From NCBI GenBank assembly GCA_013298455.1, contig JAAFHR010000001.1, forward strand, positions 1-43,593: 43,593 nucleotides of DNA, in the 5' to 3' direction. Below are positions 18,090 through 27,698 of the stretch, piece by piece. Below the pieces are notes generated by a model, which had not been told where the DNA came from, searched no databases, and worked only from the letters and a program-made list of their open reading frames with translations. The stretch is from Betaproteobacteria bacterium. Its GTDB lineage: Bacteria > Pseudomonadota > Gammaproteobacteria > Burkholderiales > Casimicrobiaceae. The position numbers and the translations under genes were made by a program. How positions within the stretch are numbered: the first letter of the stretch is position 1; each line of letters begins with the position of its first letter.

Positions 18090-18686
18090 TTAGCTGGCGC
18101 TCGGAGCGAGCGGCGCAGCAGAGGTTTTGGGTGTATCGAGTTTGCCAGCGGGCGCGGTATTGACCGCAGGTACGCCGCCGGGCATTTCGAAGAAAGAGTA
18201 CGACAAGGTGATCGTGTTGATGTCTTTCGGCAACTCGGGATCAACGATAAACACAACCGGCATCAAACGCTTTTCGTTGGCGAGAAACGTTTGTTTTGCA
18301 AAGCAAAAACATTCAAGCTTTTTGAAATGTTCAGCGGCTTGAGTCGGGCCGTAGCTTGGGATGGCTTGTCCGGTCATGTCGCGCGCCGTAGTGTTGCTGA
18401 CTTCGTAGACGACGGTGGTCAGCTCGCCGGGATGGACATTGATCGAGGTGAACTCGGGTTTGAAATTCCACGGCAGATTCCGTGTGTTGGCATCAAACTC
18501 AACCTTGATCGTGCGCGATTTGTCGACCTGCGTGTTTTTCACGGCCTCGGGGCGCATGAAATCATTGACACCCGTGACTTCGCAAATCTTTTGGTAGATC
18601 GGCACCAACGCAAAACCAAACGCAAACATCACGACGGTAAACACCGTGAGTTTTTTGAGCATGGTTTGATTTTCGTTGAACAGCAT
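18090..18686 (-). CDS. ctaG: Cytochrome c oxidase assembly protein CtaG/Cox11
   Basis: LVPIYQKICEVTG, KLECFCF copper motif, TLSYSFF. Confidence 0.96.
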   Translation of the reverse strand: MLFNENQTMLKKLTVFTVVMFAFGFALVPIYQKICEVTGVNDFMRPEAVKNTQVDKSRTIKVEFDANTRNLPWNFKPEFTSINVHPGELTTVVYEVSNTTARDMTGQAIPSYGPTQAAEHFKKLECFCFAKQTFLANEKRLMPVVFIVDPELPKDINTITLSYSFFEMPGGVPAVNTAPAGKLDTPKTSAAPLAPSAS

Positions 18687-18698
18687 TGCGATCTCGGT

Positions 18699-18839
18699 CT
18701 ACTGCGCCATCATGCGAACGTACCAGATGGAGAGCGCGATGCCAAAGGCCACACAAGCGAGCGCAATGCCCGTCATTCGCGTGCGCCGCTTGAGGGCAGC
18801 AGCACGTGAAGGATCAGAGATTTGAGCGTGCGATGACAT
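18699..18839 (-). CDS. 46-aa single-TM cytochrome oxidase small assembly-type protein
   Basis: MSSHAQISDPSRAAALKRRTRMTGIALACVAFGIALSIWYVRMMAQ fills the ctaD-ctaG gap; not in the ORF track. Confidence 0.7.
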   Translation of the reverse strand: MSSHAQISDPSRAAALKRRTRMTGIALACVAFGIALSIWYVRMMAQ

Positions 18840-18848
18840 GCGCGTTGA

Positions 18849-20444
18849 TTACTTGACGATCGGTGGCGTTTCGAACGTGTGGTACGGCGCGGGCGATGGT
18901 ACCGTCCACTCCAGACCCTCAGCACCATCCCATGGCTTGGCTGCCGCCCGAATGCCGCTCTTGCCACGAATCATTCGAATGACGATCCAAATGAAGTAGA
19001 GCTGCGCGGTACCGAACGCAAACGCACCGATCGACGAGACTTGATTCCACTCGGTGAACTGCATGTTGTAGTCGGGAATGCGACGCGGCATACCGGCGAG
19101 GCCCAAGAAATGCTGCGGGAAGAAGGTGACGTTAAACGCAATGAGCGACCACCAGAAATGAATCTTGCCGTGCTTTTCTTCGTACATCCAACCCGTCCAC
19201 TTTGGACCCCAGTAGTAAACGGCAGCGAATGCAGAAAACAGCGCGCCAGCGACCATCACGTAGTGGAAGTGCGCAACCACGTAGTAAGTGTCGTGGAGTT
19301 GAATATCCACTGGCGTGAGCGAGAGCACCAAGCCTGTAAAGCCGCCCATGGTGAAGAGGAACAGGAAGCCCAAGCAGAAGAGCATCGGCGTTTCGAGTGT
19401 GATCGAGCCGCGCCACATCGTGGCGAGCCAGTTAAAAATCTTTGCGGCTGTTGGCACAGCGATCAGCATCGTGGCGTACATGAAGTAGAGCTGACCGGCC
19501 ACTGGCAAACCAGTGGTGTACATGTGGTGCGCCCACACGATGAACGAGAGAATCGCGATCGACGCCGTTGCGTAGACCATCGATGCGTAACCAAACAAAG
19601 GTTTGCGCGAAAACGTTGGGATAATCTGCGACACAACACCAAACGCTGGAAGCGCGATGATGTAGACCTCAGGGTGACCGAAGAACCAGAAGATGTGTTG
19701 GAACATCACTGGATCACCGCCACCAGCCGCGTTAAAGAACGTGGTGCCGAAATGACGATCCGTGAGAAGCATGGTGACCGCACCGGCGAGCACTGGCATT
19801 GTGGCGATCAAGAGGAATGCCGTGATGAGCCATGTCCAAGCAAACATCGGCATTTTCATCATCGTCATGCCGGGCGCGCGTAGGTTCAAAATCGTGGTGA
19901 TGATGTTGATCGAGCCCATGATCGACGAGGCACCCATGATGTGCACCGCGAAAATCATCATGTCCATGCCCATGCCAGCTTGGATGGAGAGCGGTGGGTA
20001 GAGCGTCCAGCCGCCAGCAGCTGCGCCGCCGGGCACGAAGAACGAACCGATCAGCAAAATTGCAGCCGGTGGCAACAACCAGAACGACCAGTTATTCATC
20101 CGCGCAAACGCCATGTCAGGCGCGCCGAGTTGCAATGGCAACATCCAGTTAGCGAAGCCCACAAACGCTGGCATGATCGCGCCGAAAATCATCACGATAC
20201 CGTGCAAGGTGGTGAGCTGATTGAAGCGCTCAGGTTGCAAAATCTGCAAGCCCGGCTGAAACAGTTCGGCGCGAATCAACAGCGCCATGATGCCGCCCGA
20301 GATAAACATCACAAAGCTAAACCACATGTACATCGAGCCGATGTCTTTGTGGTTGGTCGTGGTGAGGTAGCGCATCAGCCCCGTGGGGTGATGATCGTGA
20401 TCGTGTGCGTGGTCGTGTCCGTGGTCTTGGGGAACGCTTGCCAT
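18849..20444 (-). CDS. ctaD: Cytochrome c oxidase subunit I (A1 type)
   Basis: TTNHKDIG, GHPEVY, VWAHH, VAHFHY, MPRR motifs. Confidence 0.98.
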   Translation of the reverse strand: MASVPQDHGHDHAHDHDHHPTGLMRYLTTTNHKDIGSMYMWFSFVMFISGGIMALLIRAELFQPGLQILQPERFNQLTTLHGIVMIFGAIMPAFVGFANWMLPLQLGAPDMAFARMNNWSFWLLPPAAILLIGSFFVPGGAAAGGWTLYPPLSIQAGMGMDMMIFAVHIMGASSIMGSINIITTILNLRAPGMTMMKMPMFAWTWLITAFLLIATMPVLAGAVTMLLTDRHFGTTFFNAAGGGDPVMFQHIFWFFGHPEVYIIALPAFGVVSQIIPTFSRKPLFGYASMVYATASIAILSFIVWAHHMYTTGLPVAGQLYFMYATMLIAVPTAAKIFNWLATMWRGSITLETPMLFCLGFLFLFTMGGFTGLVLSLTPVDIQLHDTYYVVAHFHYVMVAGALFSAFAAVYYWGPKWTGWMYEEKHGKIHFWWSLIAFNVTFFPQHFLGLAGMPRRIPDYNMQFTEWNQVSSIGAFAFGTAQLYFIWIVIRMIRGKSGIRAAAKPWDGAEGLEWTVPSPAPYHTFETPPIVK

Positions 20445-20509
20445 GGTGTACTGCTCCTAAAACTATTCTGTGTGCGGGTTCGCTTAGATCGTGATGTTGA
20501 CCGTGTGCT

Positions 20510-22075
20510 TTAAGCGCCAGCGCTAATTTCTACGCGGCGGGCGGACTTGTTGTCAGCACCACCGGTGATTTCTTCGGGCTTTTTCATGTTGATCCGGGCG
20601 GTGTCAATGCCAGCGGCTTCGAGTGCTGCGCGAACGGCCTTCGCGCGCTCTTTGGCGAGCTCGAGATTGGCCTCGCGGTTGCCCGTTTGATCGGTGTAGC
20701 CCGTCACGTTGACCTTGGCGTCGGCTTTGCCTTTAAGAAACGCGATCGCCGCGGCGATCGATTCCTTGGCGTCAGCAGGTAGCTCTTTTTTGCCGGTTGC
20801 GAAGAAGATTTTGGCTGGAAGTCCACCTGCCGCAGGTGCGGCAGCGCCAGCTGCGGGAGTCGCTGCGGCTTCCGGAGCAGCTGCCGTGGTGGTGCCAGCG
20901 GGCAACACGCCGCCATTGCGTGCTTTCGCGAAATCAAGCGGCTGCGCGAATTCGGCGGCCTTGTTTGACCACGAAGAACGGGTGTAGGCCATGACACCGG
21001 CCAAATCTTTGTCGCTCAGGTGCTTAAACGCTGCCATGGCGGTGCCCGCTTTGCCGTTCAAGAGCAACGCGATTTGTTCGGCTTTGCCGCCGTTGACTAG
21101 CTTGCTGCCGTCAAGCGCCGGAAACGCGCCAGCACCCTTGCCGTTGGGCTGGTGGCAGCCTTGGCAGCCGCCCACGCCTTCATAAACGGTTTTGCCATGA
21201 GCCACCAATTCTTCCCGGGTGTAGACCTTGGTGTCGACTTCAACAACGGCGGCGGCTACTTTGCCAACGCCATATTTGTCCTTCTGAGCCGCGAGCCATT
21301 TATCGTAGTCAGCTTGCGTTTTTACTTCGACAACGATGGGCATGTAGCCGTGCTCTTTGCCGCACAGCTCTGCGCAGTTGCCGCGATAGATACCGGGGCG
21401 ATCTGCGCGGAACCACGCATCACGGATAAAGCCTGGAATCGCGTCTTGCTTGACGCCGAGCGCTGGCACCCACCATGCATGCAAAACGTCGTTGGCAGTA
21501 ATCAACACGCGCACTTTTTTGCCAACGGGCACCACGAGCGGGTTGTCGACCTCGAGCAGGTAGTTTTCGCCTTTCGTTTCTTGCCCTTTGATTTGGGCGA
21601 GTGGCGTGGCGAGGGTGGAGACGTAGCCGAAACCGTCGTGGATGTAGTCATAGCCCCACTTCCACTGGTAGCCCGTCACTTTGATCGTCATCTCGGGTGC
21701 GGAGCTGTCACGCATGTCAAGCACAGCCTTGGTTGCGGGCCACGCCATCACGAGCAAAATCAAGAACGGAATCACCGTCCAGATCACTTCAACGGTCGCG
21801 TTTTCATGGAAATTGGCGGCCTTGTGACCCACGCTCTTACGGTGCTTGTAGAGCGAATAGAACATCACGCCAAACACCGCCACAAAAATCACCGCGCAAA
21901 TCACAGTGATCAAGGTGTGCAGATGAAACATCTGCTCTGCAACGGCTGAGTTGGGGGTTTGCAGGTTCATCTTCCAGTCGGCGGAGGCGGCGACCGAGGC
22001 GAGCGCGGCGGCGGCGCCAACGATGCGGCGACGAAGCGTCGCAGACTGAGGAGTGTTGGATTGTGTGTGTTGCAT
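20510..22075 (-). CDS. coxB: Cytochrome c oxidase subunit II fused to cytochrome c and OmpA-like domains
   Basis: CuA motif DVLH...CAELCGKEHGYM; CQGCH heme c site; C-terminal IFFATG, GYTD..G....NLELAKERAKAV, RRVEI OmpA-like motifs. Confidence 0.96.
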   Translation of the reverse strand: MQHTQSNTPQSATLRRRIVGAAAALASVAASADWKMNLQTPNSAVAEQMFHLHTLITVICAVIFVAVFGVMFYSLYKHRKSVGHKAANFHENATVEVIWTVIPFLILLVMAWPATKAVLDMRDSSAPEMTIKVTGYQWKWGYDYIHDGFGYVSTLATPLAQIKGQETKGENYLLEVDNPLVVPVGKKVRVLITANDVLHAWWVPALGVKQDAIPGFIRDAWFRADRPGIYRGNCAELCGKEHGYMPIVVEVKTQADYDKWLAAQKDKYGVGKVAAAVVEVDTKVYTREELVAHGKTVYEGVGGCQGCHQPNGKGAGAFPALDGSKLVNGGKAEQIALLLNGKAGTAMAAFKHLSDKDLAGVMAYTRSSWSNKAAEFAQPLDFAKARNGGVLPAGTTTAAAPEAAATPAAGAAAPAAGGLPAKIFFATGKKELPADAKESIAAAIAFLKGKADAKVNVTGYTDQTGNREANLELAKERAKAVRAALEAAGIDTARINMKKPEEITGGADNKSARRVEISAGA

Positions 22076-22125
22076 GAAGATTACGACTGCTATCTACGGT
22101 TGCGTGTGTATTGCTGCTGTGTTGT

Positions 22126-22575
22126 TTAGGCTTGGATTGCAGAGCGAAGCGCTCGCGCGGCGGCTCGTTGCTCGGACGCGCAGAGAAACTCTGCGAGCGA
22201 CACCGAACGCCCCGACTGGCGCAGCCGAACCCCTCGTTCCCGACCTCGGCCATCGGTTTCGATATCGACCTGCACCCAACCGCGCGTGAACGAGAATCGC
22301 TCGAAACGCTGGTTACGGCAACGGGTCACCGACACCTCTGACTCTGAAACCTCAATTGCGTCGAAATCCTTGGCTTGGCGTTCAATCCACCAAAACGCAA
22401 ATCCGACGCATCCCACTTCTAAACCAGCAAACGGCACCACGACCCAAGCGCCCAAAAGCCACCAAAGAAAAGCAGCAAACGCAGCTGAAACAGCTGCAAG
22501 GGCACAAAAAACTGTCATTCGTAGACGGCGATCACTCGCAAACCTACGCCGCCATTCGATTTTGATCGCGCTCAT
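22126..22575 (-). CDS. DUF2244 family membrane protein
   Basis: GAWVVVPFAGLE, two TM helices, LAEFL...ARAL; usual position upstream of coxB. Confidence 0.8.
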   Translation of the reverse strand: MSAIKIEWRRRFASDRRLRMTVFCALAAVSAAFAAFLWWLLGAWVVVPFAGLEVGCVGFAFWWIERQAKDFDAIEVSESEVSVTRCRNQRFERFSFTRGWVQVDIETDGRGRERGVRLRQSGRSVSLAEFLCASEQRAAARALRSAIQA

Positions 22576-22668
22576 ACATCCTCGCCGATCTACCGTTGGA
22601 TTCGCGCAAAACGCACGCGAACCATGCTGGAGAACCCCCGAATGTTAGCAAATCGGGCGGGCAAGCCC

Positions 22669-23646
22669 TCAAGTTTCAGCACTTCCGGCGGCCGCCGTAG
22701 CCCCCAGATCCCGCACGACGGAGGCCAAAGCGCACGACGCCAGCCGCGCGTAGCCCGAATCGGCGCGACTGGTCAAAATAATCGGCACTTTCGCGCCAAG
22801 CACGACACCCGCACATTCAGCGCCGGCCATGTAGACAAGGCTCTTGTACAAAATATTTCCCGAATTGAGATCGGGCACAACGATCACATCTGGGTCGCCC
22901 GCCACCTCAGAGACGATGCCTTTAATCGCCGCAGCCTCCGCAGACATCGCGTTATCAAAGCCAAACGGCCCTTCAACCAAAGCGTTGCCAAATGCGCCCG
23001 AGCGTCCCATTTTTGAGAGCGCGAGCGCATCGAGCGTAGCGGGGATCTCGTTGTTGGGCGTTTCGACGGCAGACACAACCGCAACTTTTGGCCGATCAAC
23101 GCCGAGCTTTCGCATCAACGAAACGGACGAAAACGTGGCGGCGGCTTTGGTTTTCAAATCAGGCGCGATGTTGACCACCGCATCGGTGATGGCGAGCAGC
23201 TTGTGATAGCGCGGCACATCGAACACGAAGCAGTGCGACATGCGCTGAGAACTTCGTAAACCGCCCTCGCGCGCCACCACTGCCGCCATCAGCTCGTCAG
23301 TGTGGAGCGAGCCCTTCATCAACGCTGCGAATTCGCCGTTGGCGCACGCCTTTACAGCTACGTTCGCGGCTTCATTGGGGTTGGAGCCCGTATCGATGAT
23401 TTTCAACTTTGCATCAAACAGCGCGCTTCGCCCCGATTCTGCTTGCATACGGCCAATAGCTGCTTGGTCGCCAAAACAAGTGAATTTGATGATGCCTTGC
23501 TCGGCCGCCGCTATGGCCGCCAAGAGCGAGGCTTCGTTGCCGGGGAACACCAGCGCCGTGGAAAGCGGAGTGAGCGCTTTGGCGCTGGCGATCAGCGCGT
23601 CTAGTCGGGGATGGGCAGACACCGAATTGCTGAGGGCTTGCGCCAC
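22669..23646 (-). CDS. pta: Phosphate acetyl/butyryltransferase (Pta)
   Basis: LMKGSLHT, TDAVVNIAP, GPFGFDNA, GNILYK, PIILTSRAD; GTG 23646 chosen to avoid overlap with the regulator; linked to xsc. Confidence 0.85.
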   Translation of the reverse strand: MAQALSNSVSAHPRLDALIASAKALTPLSTALVFPGNEASLLAAIAAAEQGIIKFTCFGDQAAIGRMQAESGRSALFDAKLKIIDTGSNPNEAANVAVKACANGEFAALMKGSLHTDELMAAVVAREGGLRSSQRMSHCFVFDVPRYHKLLAITDAVVNIAPDLKTKAAATFSSVSLMRKLGVDRPKVAVVSAVETPNNEIPATLDALALSKMGRSGAFGNALVEGPFGFDNAMSAEAAAIKGIVSEVAGDPDVIVVPDLNSGNILYKSLVYMAGAECAGVVLGAKVPIILTSRADSGYARLASCALASVVRDLGATAAAGSAET

Positions 23647-23650
23647 CGCG

Positions 23651-24460
23651 CTACCAGTCGAGGGTTTGGCCAATTTGCTCAGCGGCTTCTCGAAGTGTGG
23701 GCAGAAACTCAATGGCTTGAGCGACACTCATTCGAGCCGTTGGGCCATGCACCGCGACCGACGCAACCACACGTTCTTGATCGTTAATCACCGGTACGGC
23801 AAGGCAGCAAATACCCGCAAGGTATTCCTCGTTGTCGACTGAGTAACCATTTCGGCGAATTTTTGTGAACTCGGCCTCCAGCTGCCGCAGCGTAGTCAAC
23901 GTGGTTCGAGTGTGCGCAATGAGCGGCGCGCTGGTGAGCAAACGATCACGCATTCGCTTTTGCGAATGGGCGAGAAAGAGCTTTCCGCTGGCGCTGGCGT
24001 AGAGCGGCACTTTGGAGCCCGCATGCAGATTGATTCGCAGTGGCCATGATGATTCGACACGATCCAAGTACATGACGTAATGGCCGTTGGGAATCGCTAA
24101 ATTGCAGGTCTCGCCGAGCTTTTCGACGAGCTCTTCCAAAATCGCCCGACGCGCTGAGCGATGCGGTGAATGCAGCAACACATTGGCCGCCAAATTCGAC
24201 AGCCGCTCACCGGGCACATAGCGCTTGGCGTCTGGCTCACGAAGCAGCATCCCCGCCTCTTCAAGCGTGGTCAAAATGCGAAACACCGTGGGCTTGGGGA
24301 GCTTCACCGCTTGCATGATTTCGGTGAGGCTGACCGACTTTTCGCTGTTGGCGACAAATTCCATCACGGTCAATGAGCGAAGCGCGGCAGAGCCCGCTTC
24401 ACGTCCCTGGTGACCGTCTTCGGGCTCGTGTTGATCGGCAGCGTCGGTGGTGTCGTGCAT
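23651..24460 (-). CDS. IclR family regulator (SauR-like)
   Basis: HTH LPKPTVFRILTTL, GETCN, ASGKLFLA, GYSVDNEE; divergent from xsc-sauST. Confidence 0.92.
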   Translation of the reverse strand: MHDTTDAADQHEPEDGHQGREAGSAALRSLTVMEFVANSEKSVSLTEIMQAVKLPKPTVFRILTTLEEAGMLLREPDAKRYVPGERLSNLAANVLLHSPHRSARRAILEELVEKLGETCNLAIPNGHYVMYLDRVESSWPLRINLHAGSKVPLYASASGKLFLAHSQKRMRDRLLTSAPLIAHTRTTLTTLRQLEAEFTKIRRNGYSVDNEEYLAGICCLAVPVINDQERVVASVAVHGPTARMSVAQAIEFLPTLREAAEQIGQTLDW

Positions 24461-24497
24461 GTAAATTCCTTATTTCGAACCATTATGCAACTTTGCA

Positions 24498-24524
24498 AAA
24501 AACGAAACTGTCAGGTTCGTTTTT
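24498..24524. promoter_or_regulatory. Putative IclR/SauR operator palindrome
   Basis: AAAAACGAAACTG-T-CAGGTTCGTTTTT, 12 of 13 positions symmetric, in the divergent promoter region. Confidence 0.6.
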
Positions 24525-24651
24525 GAACGCCCTTACCCGTAACTGACGTGCGATATGCGCACACTTCATCCCACCAAACCCTCGTAACCCTCGGTCGCAC
24601 CCACGACCCCACTGATCTCGCTCACATCGCGAGACGCAAAGGAAAAAACTC

Positions 24652-26493
24652 ATGGCTAAACGTCCTGTCGCACCGAAAACTCCTGTCGCCAAAGCCCCAA
24701 AAGTCAAGGTGGATCGTCGCGTCACCGAAGGCAAAACGCGGATGACACCGTCCGAGGCGTTTGTCGAAACGATGGTGGCGCAGGGCGTAAAGCACATGTT
24801 TGGCATTGTGGGTTCGGCCTACATGGATGCGCTCGACTTGTTTGAGACGGCGGGCATTCGCTTTGTTTCTGTGGCCCACGAACAAGGCGCAGGTCACATG
24901 GCCGATGGCTATTCGCGAGTGTCGGGGCAACACGGCGTGTGCATCGCGCAAAACGGCCCCGGCATCACCAATTTTGTGACCGCCACTGCCGCCGCGTTTT
25001 GGGCGCATTCGCCGGTCGTGGTCATCACGCCTGAAACGGGCTCTATGTCACTCGGTTTGGGCGGTTTCCAAGAGACCGATCAATTGCCGATCTTTTCGAA
25101 AATCACCAAATTCCAAGCGCATGTCAACAACAAAGCGCGGATGGCCGAGCTCACCGCCCGCGCCTTTGACCGCGCTCACATCGAGCTCGGGCCCACGCAG
25201 CTCAACATTCCGCGCGATTATTTCTACGGCGATATCGAATGCGAGATCCCAAAGCCCATCGTGATCGAGCGCGGTGCGGGCGGCGAAGCGGCGCTCGACG
25301 AGGCAGCGGCACTCATTGCCAAGGCGAAATTCCCGGTCATCCTCTCGGGTGGCGGTGTGATCATGTCAAACGGCATGGACGCAGCGGTGAAGCTCGCCGA
25401 AGCGCTTGATGCCCCTGTATGCAATAGCTATTTGCACAACGACAGCTTCCCGGCGAACCATCGCCTGTGGTGTGGTCCGCTCGGCTATCAAGGCTCCAAA
25501 GCCGCGATGAAAATCATCAACAAAGCCGACGTGGTGATCGCGCTCGGCACACGCCTTGGCCCGTTTGGCACGCTGCCGCAACACGGCATGGATTACTGGC
25601 CGAAAAACGCCAAGATCATTCAGATTGATGCTGATCCAAAGATGCTCGGCTTGGTCAAGAAAATTTCGGTCGGCGTTTGCGGCGATGCCAAGGCCGCAGC
25701 GCTCGCCTTGGTGATGCGGCTCAAAGGCAAACAGCTCGTGTGCCGCAGCAATGCCGACGCTCGCATGAAAACGCTAGCCAAAGAAAAGGCGGCGTGGGAG
25801 AAAGAGCTCACCGGTTGGACCCATGAGCGCGACGCCTACTCCGTCGAAATTTCGAAAAATTCGCCGTACATGCACCCACGGCAAGCGCTTCGAGCGCTCG
25901 AGGAAGCCATGCCGCCACGCGCCATGGTCTCGACCGACATCGGCAACATCTGCTCAGTGTCAAACAGCTATCTGCGTTTCAACGAACCACGCTCGATGTT
26001 TGCCGCGATGAGTTTCGGCAACTGCGGCTACGCATTTCCCACGATCATCGGCGCGAAGCTCGCGGCGATGGATCGCCCCGCAATTGCCTACGTGGGCGAC
26101 GGCGCGTGGGGCATCAGCTTCAACGAAGTGCAAACCTGCGTTCGTGAAAACATTCCTGTCACAGCGATCGTCTTCAACAACGGTCAGTGGGGCGCAGAAA
26201 AGAAAAATCACGTCGACTTTTATAACCACCGCTACTTGGGCGTGTCGCTCGACAACCAACCGCATTGGGCAAACGTCGCTATCGCCATGGGTGCCGAAGG
26301 CATGCGAATCGACAAACTCGAAGACGTCGGCCCGGCCCTCAAAGCCGCCTGCGAAGCCCAGAAAAAAGGCAAAACCACGATCATCGAAATCATGGTGACC
26401 AAAGAGCTGGGCGACCCATTCCGCCGCGACGCACTCGCGCTCCCAACGCGCCACTTGAAGAAGTACAAACACACTGAAATCAAAGCGAAGTAG
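24652..26493 (+). CDS. xsc: Sulfoacetaldehyde acetyltransferase
   Basis: MTPSEAFVET, HEQGAGHMADG, YLHNDSFP, ThDP motif GDGAWG...NN, WGAEKKN, ELGDPFRRDAL. Confidence 0.96.
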   Translation: MAKRPVAPKTPVAKAPKVKVDRRVTEGKTRMTPSEAFVETMVAQGVKHMFGIVGSAYMDALDLFETAGIRFVSVAHEQGAGHMADGYSRVSGQHGVCIAQNGPGITNFVTATAAAFWAHSPVVVITPETGSMSLGLGGFQETDQLPIFSKITKFQAHVNNKARMAELTARAFDRAHIELGPTQLNIPRDYFYGDIECEIPKPIVIERGAGGEAALDEAAALIAKAKFPVILSGGGVIMSNGMDAAVKLAEALDAPVCNSYLHNDSFPANHRLWCGPLGYQGSKAAMKIINKADVVIALGTRLGPFGTLPQHGMDYWPKNAKIIQIDADPKMLGLVKKISVGVCGDAKAAALALVMRLKGKQLVCRSNADARMKTLAKEKAAWEKELTGWTHERDAYSVEISKNSPYMHPRQALRALEEAMPPRAMVSTDIGNICSVSNSYLRFNEPRSMFAAMSFGNCGYAFPTIIGAKLAAMDRPAIAYVGDGAWGISFNEVQTCVRENIPVTAIVFNNGQWGAEKKNHVDFYNHRYLGVSLDNQPHWANVAIAMGAEGMRIDKLEDVGPALKAACEAQKKGKTTIIEIMVTKELGDPFRRDALALPTRHLKKYKHTEIKAK

Positions 26494-26500
26494 CCGACTT

Positions 26501-26521
26501 GTAGGAGCGGTTCCACCGCGA
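26501..26521 (+). repeat. Single GTAG-family REP
   Basis: GTAGGA-GCGGT-TCC-ACCGC-GA just after the xsc stop. Confidence 0.55.
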
Positions 26522-26697
26522 CCGTTTGCTCAAGAAAGCAGCGAAAGCGGTAGAACTGCCTCAACAGAATCCACTCTGCTGCTTAGCTAAGCGGACACCC
26601 ACTTACGTCGGAACAACCCCAATGGCTTCGAAAGCCTAACGACGTAGCATCACGCCACACAAAAACGTTCCGCAACGGAACCCAACAAGGAGGCTTC

Positions 26698-27669
26698 ATG
26701 CATCTACTCAAACATTTGGTGGTCGCGACCTGTGCGCTTGTTTCGGCTACGGCGTTCGCCCAGGCTTGGCCGAACAAGCCCGTTAAGCTGATCAATCCGT
26801 TCCCAGCGGGCGGCGGTACCGACACCTTTGCGCGGCCGCTTTCGGCGCAGCTCACCAAGCAAACGGGTCAACAATTCATCGTTGAAAACATTGGCGGCGC
26901 AGGCGGCACCATCGGTGCGGCGCAGGCAGCCCGCGCACCCGCAGACGGCTACACCTTTCTGATCGGCGCTGTCCACCACGCCATTGCGCCGTCGATGTAT
27001 CCGAAGCTCTCATACGACATCGAAAAGGATTTCGTGCCGGTCACGTTGCTGGCGATCATGCCCTACGTGATCGTGGCGCAACCTAACAAATTGCCCAACG
27101 TCAAAACCATCAAGGATCTGGTCGAACACAGCAAGGCTAATCCCGGCAAGCTCGCGTTTGGCTCCTCTGGTGCGGGCACCTCGCAGCACCTCACGGGCGA
27201 GCTCTTCAAAACCAGTCAAAACGTGAATTTGCTGCACATCCCCTACAAGGGAATGGGTCCTGCGATGACCGATTTTTTGGGCGGTCAACTCGATGTTTTG
27301 TTCGACGGCATGAGCGCTTCGGCGGCGCAAATTCGCGCAGGTAAGGCGCGGCCACTGGGCTTAATGGCAGCCAAGCGATCCACGCAGTACCCTGATATTC
27401 CAACGATGGCCGAACAGGGCTATCCCGGCCTCGAAGTGTCGCAGTGGTTCGCGCTCTGGGCGCTCAAAGGCACACCGCCAGAGATCGTCGACAAAATGTA
27501 CAAAGAAGTGGTGAAAGCCCTTGACGACCCGATCATCAAATCCAATTGGTCGGCTGCGTCTGCGGATGCGGGCGGGATGCCACCTGCGGAGTTTGGCAAA
27601 TTCGTGAAACTCGAAATTGATCGCTGGGCGAAAGTCGCGAAGGCATCGGGCGCGAAGCTCGACCAGTAA
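26698..27669 (+). CDS. Tripartite tricarboxylate transporter substrate-binding protein (TctC/Bug)
   Basis: Signal peptide; WPNKPV, PFPAGGGTD, ENIGGAGG, DGYT, HIPYKG motifs; AAGGAGG RBS. Confidence 0.95.
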   Translation: MHLLKHLVVATCALVSATAFAQAWPNKPVKLINPFPAGGGTDTFARPLSAQLTKQTGQQFIVENIGGAGGTIGAAQAARAPADGYTFLIGAVHHAIAPSMYPKLSYDIEKDFVPVTLLAIMPYVIVAQPNKLPNVKTIKDLVEHSKANPGKLAFGSSGAGTSQHLTGELFKTSQNVNLLHIPYKGMGPAMTDFLGGQLDVLFDGMSASAAQIRAGKARPLGLMAAKRSTQYPDIPTMAEQGYPGLEVSQWFALWALKGTPPEIVDKMYKEVVKALDDPIIKSNWSAASADAGGMPPAEFGKFVKLEIDRWAKVAKASGAKLDQ

Positions 27670-27698
27670 GCGCCCGTCCGGCGAAACGTGAAAACGAA

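Noticed and set aside
23647-23727. 77-nt overlap of pta with the IclR gene
   Set aside because: An in-frame GTG at 23646 just after the regulator stop removes the overlap
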